From an uncultured Gammaproteobacteria bacterium (GTDB lineage Bacteria > Patescibacteriota > Microgenomatia > CAZETR01 > Amesbacteraceae), in the NCBI GenBank assembly GCA_964543035.1, contig CAZIVL010000001.1:122000-185999 (forward strand): a DNA stretch of 64,000 bases, in the 5' to 3' direction. A model generated the notes under the pieces. The model saw only the letters and a list, made by a program, of their open reading frames with translations. It was not told the DNA's origin and ran no database searches. Shown piece by piece: positions 48,402 through 58,055 of the stretch (position 1 is the stretch's first letter; each line of letters starts with the position of its first letter). Made by a program: the position numbers and the translations under genes.

Positions 48402-50306
48402 TTAGTTTTTCTGGTAACCAAAATTAAATAATCTCAGACTGTTGACGACTACTAGGACGGTAACTCCTACATCGGCAAAAATGGCTAAAGCAAGACTGCT
48501 CTTTCCCGCTAGGGCCAAAAATAGAAAGATGGCTTTAACCGCGATAGCCGCACCGGTATTTATCCTAATCGTACTGCCTGAAACTTTGCCTAATCTGACT
48601 AGAAAGGGTATTAGCCCCAAGTTGTTATTCATAAGAGCTATATCGGCATTCTCAACCGCCACCTCTGAACCGATCGCCCCCATGGCAATGCCGACAGAAG
48701 CCGTTGAAAGTGAAGGCGCATCATTGACCCCGTCACCCACCATCGCTACATCTTTGTATTTGGTGACCAGATTTTTAAGCTGGATTACTTTCTCATCCGG
48801 TAGGAGTCTGGCGTGGACTTCATCAATACCGACTTCCTTAGCAACATATGAGGCTGCTGAAGCATTATCTCCGGTAAGAATTGCTGTTTTGACTTTTAAT
48901 TGGTGCAACTCCTTAATGGTAGAGGAGCTCTCGGGCCGGATTTCATCAACAATCCCGAGAACTCCTTTAATTTTTTTGTCGTCAGTGATAATAATAGCGG
49001 TTTTGCCTTCTTTTTCGAACCGCTCAACAATATCAACTGTTCGTTTATCTACCTTATGTTCTTCCATCACAAACTGAAGGGTCCCGATACAATGATGCTT
49101 ATCCACACACACCAGACATTCGCCTGAAATACCTTTTCCCATAATCGCTTTAAAGTTGGCATACTCGTGGTCTTTGATATCAGGGAAATTTTTCGAGCTT
49201 TCAACAATGCTCCTAGCAATCGGGTGTTCGGAAAAAGCCTCGGCTCCAGCTACACAAGCCAGAAGTTCAGCCTTCGTGTAACCGTTTAGAGGAATGACAT
49301 CGGAAACTACGGGTTCACCCTTGGTGAGGGTTCTGGTCTTGTCGAAGGCAATTGCCTTGACTCTGCCCATCTCTTCTAAAAACTGACCGCCTTTGATAAG
49401 AATTCCACGCTTTGTGGCATTGCCGATGGCTGAAAAGATAGTTATAGGAGTGGATATAACCAGGGCACACGGACAAGCAATCAAGAGGATTGTTAAGCTC
49501 TGGGCAAACCAAGGAGTAAACGGTTGGCCAAAAAAAAGAACAGGTATAGCTGTCAGGAAGAGCGCAAGCACTAATACTCCAGGGGTATAGTAAGAAGCAA
49601 ATTTTTCAATGAATCTAGCAGCCTGTGACTTACGCTCAGCCGCCTGAAAAGTCAAATCAACAATTTTGGCCAGTGTCGTATCTTTGGATACTTTAGTAAC
49701 TTTGATTTCCAAGTAGCCTTGGCTATTGAGTGTTCCAGCAAATACCGGCTCTCCTTCATATTTATTTTTCGGCAATGGCTCCCCGGTAATCGAGCTTTCG
49801 TCTACCAATGATTCACCTTTAATGACAACTCCGTCCAAAGGGATGTAGTCACCCGGTTTGATCACAACAATATCGTTAATGGCAATTTTCTCAATAGGAG
49901 TTTTGTTTTCTTGTCCTTTCAAAAGTGCGGCTTTAGGAGCTTTTTCCACTAGCTCTTCTAAAGCACTCTGGCTTCTGGTAATGCCGAACTCCTCCAGAGC
50001 CTCACTGACCGCAAACAGGACAATAATAATGACTGCTTCTTCGAGTTCTCCCAGATAGACTGCACCAAAGGTGGCCACAGTCATGAGTAAATTGATATTT
50101 GAGAATTTGAGTCTTGCAAGACTTTGTAGCCCACCAATAATTACTTCCCGGCCGAAGAAAAAGATGATGGCGGCAAATAAGGGATATTCGATAAATGCGG
50201 GTAAGTGAATGGAAAAAAGGGACAGAATCTCAAGAGGTATGATCAGAAGCAAAGTGGCAGCTAGCCGCTTGAACTTGGTTTCTTTAAGAATTTCTGAAAT
50301 AAGCAT
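48402..50306 (-). CDS. Zn/Cd/Pb-type P1B-2 ATPase (CadA/ZntA-like) without N-terminal metal-binding domain
   Basis: TGEP, CPC, DKT, GDGVND, TM7 Lys (AVK), TM8 DVG. Confidence 0.9.
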   Translation of the reverse strand: MLISEILKETKFKRLAATLLLIIPLEILSLFSIHLPAFIEYPLFAAIIFFFGREVIIGGLQSLARLKFSNINLLMTVATFGAVYLGELEEAVIIIVLFAVSEALEEFGITRSQSALEELVEKAPKAALLKGQENKTPIEKIAINDIVVIKPGDYIPLDGVVIKGESLVDESSITGEPLPKNKYEGEPVFAGTLNSQGYLEIKVTKVSKDTTLAKIVDLTFQAAERKSQAARFIEKFASYYTPGVLVLALFLTAIPVLFFGQPFTPWFAQSLTILLIACPCALVISTPITIFSAIGNATKRGILIKGGQFLEEMGRVKAIAFDKTRTLTKGEPVVSDVIPLNGYTKAELLACVAGAEAFSEHPIARSIVESSKNFPDIKDHEYANFKAIMGKGISGECLVCVDKHHCIGTLQFVMEEHKVDKRTVDIVERFEKEGKTAIIITDDKKIKGVLGIVDEIRPESSSTIKELHQLKVKTAILTGDNASAASYVAKEVGIDEVHARLLPDEKVIQLKNLVTKYKDVAMVGDGVNDAPSLSTASVGIAMGAIGSEVAVENADIALMNNNLGLIPFLVRLGKVSGSTIRINTGAAIAVKAIFLFLALAGKSSLALAIFADVGVTVLVVVNSLRLFNFGYQKN

Positions 50307-50347
50307 AGTTTAATTGTACCGCGTAATGGTTTCATAGATCGATACAT

Positions 50348-50812
50348 TTACTCTTGTCTGAGATCCCCAATAAAGAGCTTTTCCAGCTGTGTTATAGCTT
50401 GTGCAGGATGCGGCCCTTTATTATTTGTCGGTCTATCATTAAATAAGGTTGTGGCATCTTTTCCGCAACCAGCAAGAACAGCCTTCCCTCCCGGGTGATT
50501 GGGAATAAACTCAGTAACGTCGTAGACTTTTCCTTCAATTGCCAGCCAGCAATCTGTCTCTAAATTATGTGTGGCAATTTCTTCAAGCGTATATGTTTTT
50601 GTGGCTGGTGTGGGGCTGCTAGAAATTTGAGATTCAACTCGATTCTTAGTGGTATCTGTATTTTGTGAAGGAGATGATAGTACAGGTTTTCTATTTGAAA
50701 ATAATAAAAATCCTCCACCCACCAGCAGAATGCCAATTATTACGACACCCATAACTACGGAATTTTTTGATTGCTTAGATTGATTATTTTGTTCGGTCTT
50801 ATCTGGATCCAT
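50348..50812 (-). CDS. Cytochrome b5-like heme/steroid-binding protein, membrane anchored
   Basis: YTLEEIATHN...CW..I.GKVYDVT.F...HPGG...GKDAT. Confidence 0.9.
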   Translation of the reverse strand: MDPDKTEQNNQSKQSKNSVVMGVVIIGILLVGGGFLLFSNRKPVLSSPSQNTDTTKNRVESQISSSPTPATKTYTLEEIATHNLETDCWLAIEGKVYDVTEFIPNHPGGKAVLAGCGKDATTLFNDRPTNNKGPHPAQAITQLEKLFIGDLRQE

Positions 50813-50827
50813 TTATTTCGCCTCCAT

Positions 50828-51952
50828 TTAGCAATCAGTTCCTAAGCCACCCACACAATTTTCAGTAGGTGGTTTACCCCGTTCTGGGCATTTTTCTGAA
50901 TAAACACAGGCTCTGTCGGTTATTTCTGATAACTGCTTGTCAGTTATCTCGCTAGCTGTTGCGCCAAAACTCATAACAATCCTGTCCAGATCTTTAAATT
51001 CGAACGCTCTCCAATTTCCTGCTTGTTTTTTTCCGTTTACATACCAACTAACTTCAGACGGGAAGTTTGCTTTCCAGGAGTCAATGAGCTGACCTAATGT
51101 AACACCGGTCTTATGTTTATGAATTACTTCTTCGGTATCTTTGTGTGAATGAATGTCTGGGTCTTTCTCAAAATAATCCGGATTGTCCTGGAGTAACACT
51201 CTCTTTCCATTCACATACAAAGCGAAATCGGCATGCTCGTGCACTTTCTCACCTGTCGATTGACCAGAGGGCTTAGGAGCTTTAAGAATGGCTGCATTGA
51301 TAAAGGTCTTAAAGTCCTCCGGAGTTTTGGGATTAGGGATTTTATCACCATTGAGAAAAAACGTTGGCGTGCCGGACACTCCCAATTTGGTGCCGGAGTT
51401 TTTATCCCGCTCAACCCTGTCTTTCACCTCTTTTGAGGCAACGTCTTTTTTGAACTGGTCCATATTCAAGCCGATTTGCTGAGCATAACCTTCAAATATT
51501 TTTGGGTCTGCAGCCGGTTTTTCTCCCCAGTTCTTCTGCTCTGCAAAGAGCTTATCATGCATTTCCCAGTATTTGCCCTGTCTGGCAGATGCTTCAACCG
51601 CAAGAGCAGCAGGTAAACCGTTTTTATGTCCAGGAAGCGGGAAATAGCGGTTGACAAAGCGAACGTCAGTTTTGAACTCTTCTGCCAGTTGTTTTACGAG
51701 CGGGTAATATGCACCACAAGCTTCACACTCAAAATCAAGATACTCGATAAGTGTTACGGATGCCTCTTTGTTGCCTTTAATGTAGTCATCAGGAACAACC
51801 TCTAATAATTTTTTCTGATCATCGGAGACTGGAGCAGAAGCTGAAGTAGGAGAATTTGAGGAACCCATCTTACTAGCAAAAAATACTCCCCCAATGAGAA
51901 GAACTACTGTAGCAATGATAATGCCGATAATAAATTTTTTGTCGCCACTCAT
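50828..51952 (-). CDS. DsbA-like oxidoreductase with His/Cys-rich C-terminal domain
   Basis: DFECEAC, GTPTFF; HEHADF, IHSH, IHKH, ACVYSEKC...C...C. Confidence 0.85.
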   Translation of the reverse strand: MSGDKKFIIGIIIATVVLLIGGVFFASKMGSSNSPTSASAPVSDDQKKLLEVVPDDYIKGNKEASVTLIEYLDFECEACGAYYPLVKQLAEEFKTDVRFVNRYFPLPGHKNGLPAALAVEASARQGKYWEMHDKLFAEQKNWGEKPAADPKIFEGYAQQIGLNMDQFKKDVASKEVKDRVERDKNSGTKLGVSGTPTFFLNGDKIPNPKTPEDFKTFINAAILKAPKPSGQSTGEKVHEHADFALYVNGKRVLLQDNPDYFEKDPDIHSHKDTEEVIHKHKTGVTLGQLIDSWKANFPSEVSWYVNGKKQAGNWRAFEFKDLDRIVMSFGATASEITDKQLSEITDRACVYSEKCPERGKPPTENCVGGLGTDC

Positions 51953-51963
51953 AAAATGTTATT

Positions 51964-51982
51964 TTACTATGTTTTGTAGTAA
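51964..51982. promoter_or_regulatory. BlaI/CopY-type operator
   Basis: TTACTATG-TTT-TGTAGTAA, 11 nt from the ATG. Confidence 0.75.
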
Positions 51983-52005
51983 TTAGGAAGCCATTGTATG
52001 AGCTT

Positions 52006-52209
52006 CTATTTATCCCCCTTTTTCTCACCGCGCATAAAAAACGCCATAGCACCGCACATAACAGTACACCCCAAAAGAGGTGCTGCTGCTATTAAACCGG
52101 CAATGCCAATAGCAGGAACGAAAATAAGTAATGAGACAATAATAACTCCCAAAATAAGAAGAACTTTTGGATTTAGACATCTCCTACATGAATGTAATAA
52201 TTTATTCAT
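52006..52209 (-). CDS. Small Cys-containing membrane protein
   Basis: CRRC, GCTVMC; ATGA overlap with copA. Confidence 0.65.
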   Translation of the reverse strand: MNKLLHSCRRCLNPKVLLILGVIIVSLLIFVPAIGIAGLIAAAPLLGCTVMCGAMAFFMRGEKKGDK

Positions 52210-54497
52210 ATTCTCTGCGTCCTTAATCGTAACGAGTTTGTGACCACCGAAACACTACTAAATCCCATTGCAGCTCCAGCAATTGCGGGGTTTAAAAGAA
52301 TACCGAAAAATGGATACAATGCTCCAGCTGCAATTGGAATACCAATGACATTATAGAAGAATGCCCAAAAGAGGTTCTGCTTGATAATACTCATCGTTGC
52401 TCTAGCTAACTTTACCGCTTTTGGTAGTTTAGAAATATGTCCCCCTAAAAGCGTTATCCCTGCTGACTCAATTGCTACATCGGTTCCTGTCCCCATCGCA
52501 ATCCCCACATCAGCTGTAGCCAAAGCTGGCGCATCATTAATGCCGTCACCCACCATTGCCACTTTATAACCTTCTTTTTGGAGTTTCTGAATTTCACTGG
52601 CTTTGTCTCCTGGTAAGACTTCGGCGATGACTCGATCTATACCTACTTGTTTAGCGATGTGCTGAGCAGTTCTTTTGTTGTCTCCTGTAAGCATTGCGAC
52701 TTTAATACCTTGCTTGTGAAGCTCCGCCACTGCTTCTTTTGCATCGTCTTTGATGGTGTCAGCAATACCAATGTAAGCAATAACGTGCTTCCTGTTCATG
52801 AAGACTACTGGTGTTTTCCCTTGTGAAGCAAACTTTTTAATCATTTCTTCATCAATTTTTACTTTGAGATCATCAACCAACTTAAGATTACCAGCATAAT
52901 ACTCAGTATCATCAATACTTCCCTTTAGCCCTTTACCTTCAATTGCCTCAAAATCTTTTACTTTATGGAGGCTAATTTTTTCATCCTTAGCTTTTTCAAC
53001 GACTGCTTGGGCTAGTGGATGTTCAGAATGGCTTTCTAGTGAAGCGAGGAGTTGCAAAATATCTTTCTCTGAATGAGAGCCAATTGCCTGAATATCAGTC
53101 ACTTCCGGTGCCCCTTTAGTAATCGTTCCCGTTTTATCCATGACAACAAAGTTGACCCCATTAAACTTTTCTAGACTTTCAGCATTCTTAATCAAGATGC
53201 CATTCTGAGCAGCTTTGCCAACACCGACAATAATAGCGGTAGGCGTAGCGAGACCCATTGCACATGGACAGGCAATGACCAGAATTCCCACAAAACTCAA
53301 AATACCGAGCGTTAGTGCCTGGGAAAATGGCATGAATTGAACACCAATCACCAACCAAAGTATTAATGTAATAACTGCCAGGACCAACACCGCTGGGACA
53401 AAAATGGCTGACACTTGATCGGCCATCCGTTCAATCGGTGCTTTGGATCCCTGAGCCTCCTCAACCATTTTAATGATTTGCGAAAGCATGGTATCACTGC
53501 CAACTTTAGTAACTCTAATCTGCAATGAGCCTTGTTTGTTAATGGTCGCTCCGATAACAGTATCCTCTGGTCCTTTATCTACCGGAATAGGCTCACCGGT
53601 GATCATCGACTCATCAATAGAGGATTTGCCTTCGATAATGACTCCATCCAAGGGAATCTTGGTTCCAGGTTTCACGAGCATAATATCGCCAACTATAACT
53701 TGATCGATGGGTAATTCCACTTCCTTGCCATCTCGAAGAATGAGAGCATTTTTGGCCTGGAGTCCTAAGAGTTTTTCTATGGCTTCACCAGTCTTTAACT
53801 TCGAGCGAGCTTCGAGGAATTTCCCGAGGGTAATAAAACCAATAACAACAATAACGACGTCATAATAATTTTGCTGGGTATTAACATAAGGAGCCAGCAC
53901 TTTATCAAATGCAGTTACACTAAAGCTGTAAAGGAAAGCCACCAACGTTCCAATCCCTACAAGCGTGTCCATATTCGCCACACGATATTTTATAAAACGG
54001 ACGATTCCTTGAAGATATGGAACCCCAATGACAAACATTGTATAGGTGGCAAAAATCGGCAAAAGATGATGGAAAAACTCCATGATGGCTTCCGGCATCT
54101 CTGGCCATAACCGTAGAGGGTCAGCTCCTATTTCCCAGGTCATGACAAAAATGCTAAAGGCAACAAAAGGCATGGCAATCTGAACGTGCTTTTTTAGCTT
54201 TGAGAGTTCCTGGAGTTTTTGCTCTTTTGCAGTTTGGTCAGAGGAAACCGGCGACATATCATGGCCGGCATGAGGATTGGGTGGATTTTCTAAACTATAC
54301 CCAAGTTTTTGAACCTGGTCATTCATTTGGGAGAGGTTGACCTTGTCAGCGTCGAATGAAACTTCGGCTTTTTCTGTACCGTAATTAACGTTGCAAGAAA
54401 CTATACCATCCAGTTTTTCAAGTTTGCGCTTGATAATGCTGGCGCAAGATGCGCAGTGCATCCCTTTAACTGGAAATGTTTGTTTTATCTCTCCCAT
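52206..54497 (-). CDS. copA: Cu(I)-exporting P1B-1 ATPase
   Basis: GMHCASC, TGEP, CPC, DKTGT, GDGIND, YN, MGFSS. Confidence 0.95.
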   Translation of the reverse strand: MGEIKQTFPVKGMHCASCASIIKRKLEKLDGIVSCNVNYGTEKAEVSFDADKVNLSQMNDQVQKLGYSLENPPNPHAGHDMSPVSSDQTAKEQKLQELSKLKKHVQIAMPFVAFSIFVMTWEIGADPLRLWPEMPEAIMEFFHHLLPIFATYTMFVIGVPYLQGIVRFIKYRVANMDTLVGIGTLVAFLYSFSVTAFDKVLAPYVNTQQNYYDVVIVVIGFITLGKFLEARSKLKTGEAIEKLLGLQAKNALILRDGKEVELPIDQVIVGDIMLVKPGTKIPLDGVIIEGKSSIDESMITGEPIPVDKGPEDTVIGATINKQGSLQIRVTKVGSDTMLSQIIKMVEEAQGSKAPIERMADQVSAIFVPAVLVLAVITLILWLVIGVQFMPFSQALTLGILSFVGILVIACPCAMGLATPTAIIVGVGKAAQNGILIKNAESLEKFNGVNFVVMDKTGTITKGAPEVTDIQAIGSHSEKDILQLLASLESHSEHPLAQAVVEKAKDEKISLHKVKDFEAIEGKGLKGSIDDTEYYAGNLKLVDDLKVKIDEEMIKKFASQGKTPVVFMNRKHVIAYIGIADTIKDDAKEAVAELHKQGIKVAMLTGDNKRTAQHIAKQVGIDRVIAEVLPGDKASEIQKLQKEGYKVAMVGDGINDAPALATADVGIAMGTGTDVAIESAGITLLGGHISKLPKAVKLARATMSIIKQNLFWAFFYNVIGIPIAAGALYPFFGILLNPAIAGAAMGFSSVSVVTNSLRLRTQRI

Positions 54498-54511
54498 ACA
54501 TATTTTTTACT

Positions 54512-54727
54512 TCAGGCCGCTATAACTACCTCGTATTCAAGTTTTTGTATAACAGCAATGATTTGGTCATGGTGGACTTTATCAGGATCGTATGTAACGA
54601 CCGAAATCTGTTTTGCATAGTGAGTTTTTGCCTCTTTTACACCATCCAAATCCCCCAACTCAAAGTCAATGTTGATGGCACAACTCGTACAGTGCATGCC
54701 CACGATTTCTAAAGTTATTGTTTTCAT
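54512..54727 (-). CDS. CopZ-like chaperone
   Basis: GMHCTSC. Confidence 0.88.
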   Translation of the reverse strand: MKTITLEIVGMHCTSCAINIDFELGDLDGVKEAKTHYAKQISVVTYDPDKVHHDQIIAVIQKLEYEVVIAA

Positions 54728-55779
54728 ACGCCTTTATCTTGAACGACATTTATCTCTCCACGAAACATACCCATGCTGCACATAAAGGCAAGTGGACCAG
54801 GAGTTGTGGGAGCAGTAAATTCAAGTGTGTCCGATTGACCAATCGCAACAACCCGCTGCAAACCAAGCTTGGGAACTGTTAGTGATTGCGTACATCCGCC
54901 TCCACCTTGATTGACAATGTTGAATTTGACCTTTGATCCAGCTCTAACATTAACAACAGCCGGTTCTGTCCGATAACCGTTTTGGGTGATAAAAATAGTC
55001 GCCTCCTTCACCGTAGCTGAATTAGTTGTAGCTCCAGCTACCCGACCTTCATCACAAAAACTAATCGTGCAAGTAATACTGGTTAAGACATTTTCAAAAG
55101 TGAAGTTACTGCCACTAAGTGCCAAAGCTCCATTAAAGTTATAGAGGGCTACCAAAATAATTGCTGCAGCTGCCACCTTGTTAAAGGTTCCACTGAGTGA
55201 ACTGCCTAGTTTCCGTGCCGCATACCCAAGAAGGAAAAATAACGGAGAAGTTCCTAGCATAAAAACAAACATGGTAGTTGCTCCGGCAAGAGGAGAGCCG
55301 GTTGAAATAGCATAAGCCATCATTGCTTGTGTTGCTCCACAGGGAATGAGAACCGTCATAGCTCCAAGGAGTGCCGGACCAAAGACAGCTTTACTCTTTG
55401 ATTGATTGCGTACTAATCGTGTTAAAAATTTGGGTGGCTGAATTACAAAGTAGCGAAAAATCGGGTGAACCTGAAGAAGATTAAGCGCAGTACCGACCAT
55501 AAACACTACTGCTGCAAATTGGAGGAGGACGCGGGCAGAAAGTGAAAGCTGAAATACTGAACCAAGAGATCCTAAGAGTAAACCAAGAATGGTATAAGCC
55601 ACCAATCGAGTAATTAAAAACGAAAGAATGGGGAGAAGATGTCCAAATCGTTTTGCGTCTTCTTCAAGCTTATTCTCTTCCTGCTGAGCAATTGAGCTGG
55701 CGAGAAGTCCACCCTGAACAGCTAGACACGTTAGTCCACCTGCAAATAATCCTGTGATGAAAATTGAGAGTATGTCCAT
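54724..55779 (-). CDS. TauE/DsbD_2-type membrane protein with cupredoxin-like domain
   Basis: GGLTCLAVQGG, IPCGATQ, GCT, FMCSMGM. Confidence 0.85.
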   Translation of the reverse strand: MDILSIFITGLFAGGLTCLAVQGGLLASSIAQQEENKLEEDAKRFGHLLPILSFLITRLVAYTILGLLLGSLGSVFQLSLSARVLLQFAAVVFMVGTALNLLQVHPIFRYFVIQPPKFLTRLVRNQSKSKAVFGPALLGAMTVLIPCGATQAMMAYAISTGSPLAGATTMFVFMLGTSPLFFLLGYAARKLGSSLSGTFNKVAAAAIILVALYNFNGALALSGSNFTFENVLTSITCTISFCDEGRVAGATTNSATVKEATIFITQNGYRTEPAVVNVRAGSKVKFNIVNQGGGGCTQSLTVPKLGLQRVVAIGQSDTLEFTAPTTPGPLAFMCSMGMFRGEINVVQDKGV

Positions 55780-55801
55780 AGTTCATATTCCAAGTTAACC
55801 T

Positions 55802-56581
55802 TTATGATTGCAATGCCTTATCAATCATCGGCTTGACTTGTTCAAAAGGTAAGGCGCCTGGAACAAGCTGGGTATCACCTTTTGCGTTGATAATAATAGT
55901 TCCTGGTGTACCGGTTACACCCTCAGCTGTTCCCTTGGCCATCTGATCCTTGACTTTTTGAGCCATTTCTCCAGAGTCTAAACACTGTTTGAACGATGAT
56001 TCATTAAGTCCCAACTCTTTGGCCAACGGAGTTAATTTGTCCAAGGCAAATCCAGTCCCATTAGAGGTGGTGCGTTCAAAGATAGCATCTGTATATTTCC
56101 AGAATGCTTCATTTCCACCAATTTTTCCAGCACACTCTGATGCTTCAGCTTCTTTTTGTGCATTGGCATGGAAAGAAAGCGGATAATGGCGGTATACCCA
56201 TTTCACCTTATCCCCGTATTCTTTCATAACCTGTTGCATCGTCGGGTGAAAACTTTTGCAGAATGGACATTCTAAATCTGAATACTCTACCATTACAACT
56301 TTGGCATTTTTGTTACCTTTGTACCAATCCTTATCGGTTACTTCCGGTTTTTTGGTTGCCACCTGGGGTTGAGGTGCGCCTGCAGCAGCCGGAGCACCCG
56401 CAGCTTGATTAGTACCTGTCGTGGTTGTTCCAGCCACCGCAGCGCCCTTTTCGAGATACTTGACTTTGGTGTAGAGAGATCCAATAGCAAACGATGCACC
56501 AATAAGAACTAAAACGAGAATAATGCTGAAATTACCTGAAAGCATATTTTTAAGAGGAGATAAATTTTTTTCTTCAGTCAT
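55802..56581 (-). CDS. DsbA-like oxidoreductase
   Basis: YSDLECPFC, RHYPL, GVTGTP, GALP. Confidence 0.9.
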   Translation of the reverse strand: MTEEKNLSPLKNMLSGNFSIILVLVLIGASFAIGSLYTKVKYLEKGAAVAGTTTTGTNQAAGAPAAAGAPQPQVATKKPEVTDKDWYKGNKNAKVVMVEYSDLECPFCKSFHPTMQQVMKEYGDKVKWVYRHYPLSFHANAQKEAEASECAGKIGGNEAFWKYTDAIFERTTSNGTGFALDKLTPLAKELGLNESSFKQCLDSGEMAQKVKDQMAKGTAEGVTGTPGTIIINAKGDTQLVPGALPFEQVKPMIDKALQS

Positions 56582-56602
56582 AATGATTATTATAAACTAA
56601 TA

Positions 56603-56621
56603 TTACTACAAAGTGTAGTAA
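56603..56621. promoter_or_regulatory. BlaI/CopY-type operator
   Basis: TTACTACA-AAG-TGTAGTAA, perfect inverted repeat. Confidence 0.8.
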
Positions 56622-56636
56622 CTCTATAAACCAATG

Positions 56637-57638
56637 TCAATAGGAAACTGACGTAAATTGTACTGGTGAATAAAGCCTTGAAGACTGAGGCGCCGAAATT
56701 GGAGGGGTCTGCATACAAGCATTAGTACATGCTCCACTTGGGTCAACACAAGCCATAACAGCATCTTCTCCCATGTCATGAAACTCGATAGCCTGTACTG
56801 GAGCTATTGTCAAACCACCCAAAATTGCCACGGACAGTATACTTATAACTACATTTCTTATTGAGAGGCACGGTGAAAATATTGTCTTTTTAGTAATGGT
56901 CCGGATACGAGTTTCTAATGTCTGAGCATCCATAAAACTTGGTACTATGGCTAAAGCCGGATAGAGATCATAATGCAGAAGTTTTGAAAGAACTGATCGG
57001 ACATGCTCCTTTCCATCATCCATAGCTGTAATTGCCGCATTATCAGCTTTAATTTCTCTTTGTGTTCTATACATTGCTATCAAATCCGTAAGAAGTGGGA
57101 AAAAAGGAAATAATGATTGAGTGAATACTGCAAATAGCATGATTAACGTATCATGATGCTCTAAATGATATTTTTCGTGTCGCAATACTGCTTCTATTTC
57201 ATCCGAAGTTGTAATTGCGAGCATTTGAGTAGAGATGTAGATTTTTGGCCTGGTAAATCCGAAACAAAAAGCGCCCACCTGTTCATCTTGTATAACCCGA
57301 ATTTTATTAACAAGGTGTAATTTTTTCGCAAGCGGCAGAATACTATCTTTCTCTACGATCTTTTCTTCAAGCGACTTATGTTGCTGAAAAACTCTCAGTA
57401 CTGTTAAAAAAACTTTTACTATTATATAGAGAGTCAAAGCAGCAAAACCCCACATCATAAAAAACTTAATATTCAAGCGTATTGGTTGCATCAAGACAGA
57501 CTGAAGCATTTCTCGGCAGTAATAGACAGTATTATGCAGAAGAAATGGAATGTATTTAGCACAAGCATTATATAGGAGTGTTCCTAACACAACAAAAATC
57601 CCTAAAAAAAACCACGCGTAGCTATTTATCTTTGTCAT
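56637..57638 (-). CDS. M56 family metallopeptidase (BlaR1-like, no penicillin-binding domain)
   Basis: AFCFG..RPKIYIS, HEKYH, REIKAD; short tail ACVDPSGACTNAC; start reassigned to MTKIN. Confidence 0.88.
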   Translation of the reverse strand: MTKINSYAWFFLGIFVVLGTLLYNACAKYIPFLLHNTVYYCREMLQSVLMQPIRLNIKFFMMWGFAALTLYIIVKVFLTVLRVFQQHKSLEEKIVEKDSILPLAKKLHLVNKIRVIQDEQVGAFCFGFTRPKIYISTQMLAITTSDEIEAVLRHEKYHLEHHDTLIMLFAVFTQSLFPFFPLLTDLIAMYRTQREIKADNAAITAMDDGKEHVRSVLSKLLHYDLYPALAIVPSFMDAQTLETRIRTITKKTIFSPCLSIRNVVISILSVAILGGLTIAPVQAIEFHDMGEDAVMACVDPSGACTNACMQTPPISAPQSSRLYSPVQFTSVSY

Positions 57639-58008
57639 ATATTTGTTCTTGTAAAAGTTTAAGAAAATACTCTTTTTTCTCTTTTGGCAAACGTTCGATG
57701 GATTGAGCAAAAGAAGCTAGGGCAGCATCGCCAAATGTTCCGAAGAATTTATCTAAAAGATTCCTCGCCATTTTTTGGCTAAATTCCTCTTTAGTTTGTT
57801 TTGGGGCAAAGACGACGGTAAAAGCCGAGGCATCTTTTTCAACTAACCCTTTTTCATGCAACCTTTCTAAAATCGTGGCAATCGTCGTATACGCAAGAGT
57901 CTTTGTTTTATTCGTCTCATCGGCCACTTCCCTAATGGTGCATTCACCCAATGCCCAGACAACATTCATCGTTTCCTGCTCTAGGTCGCTCAAGTTTTTC
58001 TGTGCCAT
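57622..58008 (-). CDS. BlaI/MecI/CopY family repressor
   Basis: LSDLE...MNVVW, LAYTTIATILERL..KG; start reassigned to MAQKN (TACAAT 7 nt upstream). Confidence 0.92.
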   Translation of the reverse strand: MAQKNLSDLEQETMNVVWALGECTIREVADETNKTKTLAYTTIATILERLHEKGLVEKDASAFTVVFAPKQTKEEFSQKMARNLLDKFFGTFGDAALASFAQSIERLPKEKKEYFLKLLQEQIYDKDK

Positions 58009-58025
58009 ACTACGTATTGTAGAAG
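58007..58025. promoter_or_regulatory. Degenerate BlaI-type operator over the repressor's own -10 and start codon
   Basis: ATACTACG-TAT-TGTAGAAG. Confidence 0.65.
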
Positions 58026-58055
58026 GTTGAATGAAAAAAGACAACCCAACGCATT

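Noticed and set aside
48442-49077. Long antisense ORFs over ATPases, lon, znu and others (e.g. 24047+, 18611-, 12792+, 39741+)
   Set aside because: Shadow frames of well-supported genes, with no motifs of their own
56637-58008. Beta-lactam resistance locus (blaI/blaR1)
   Set aside because: No penicillin-binding sensor domain, no beta-lactamase, and the operators precede metal/redox genes
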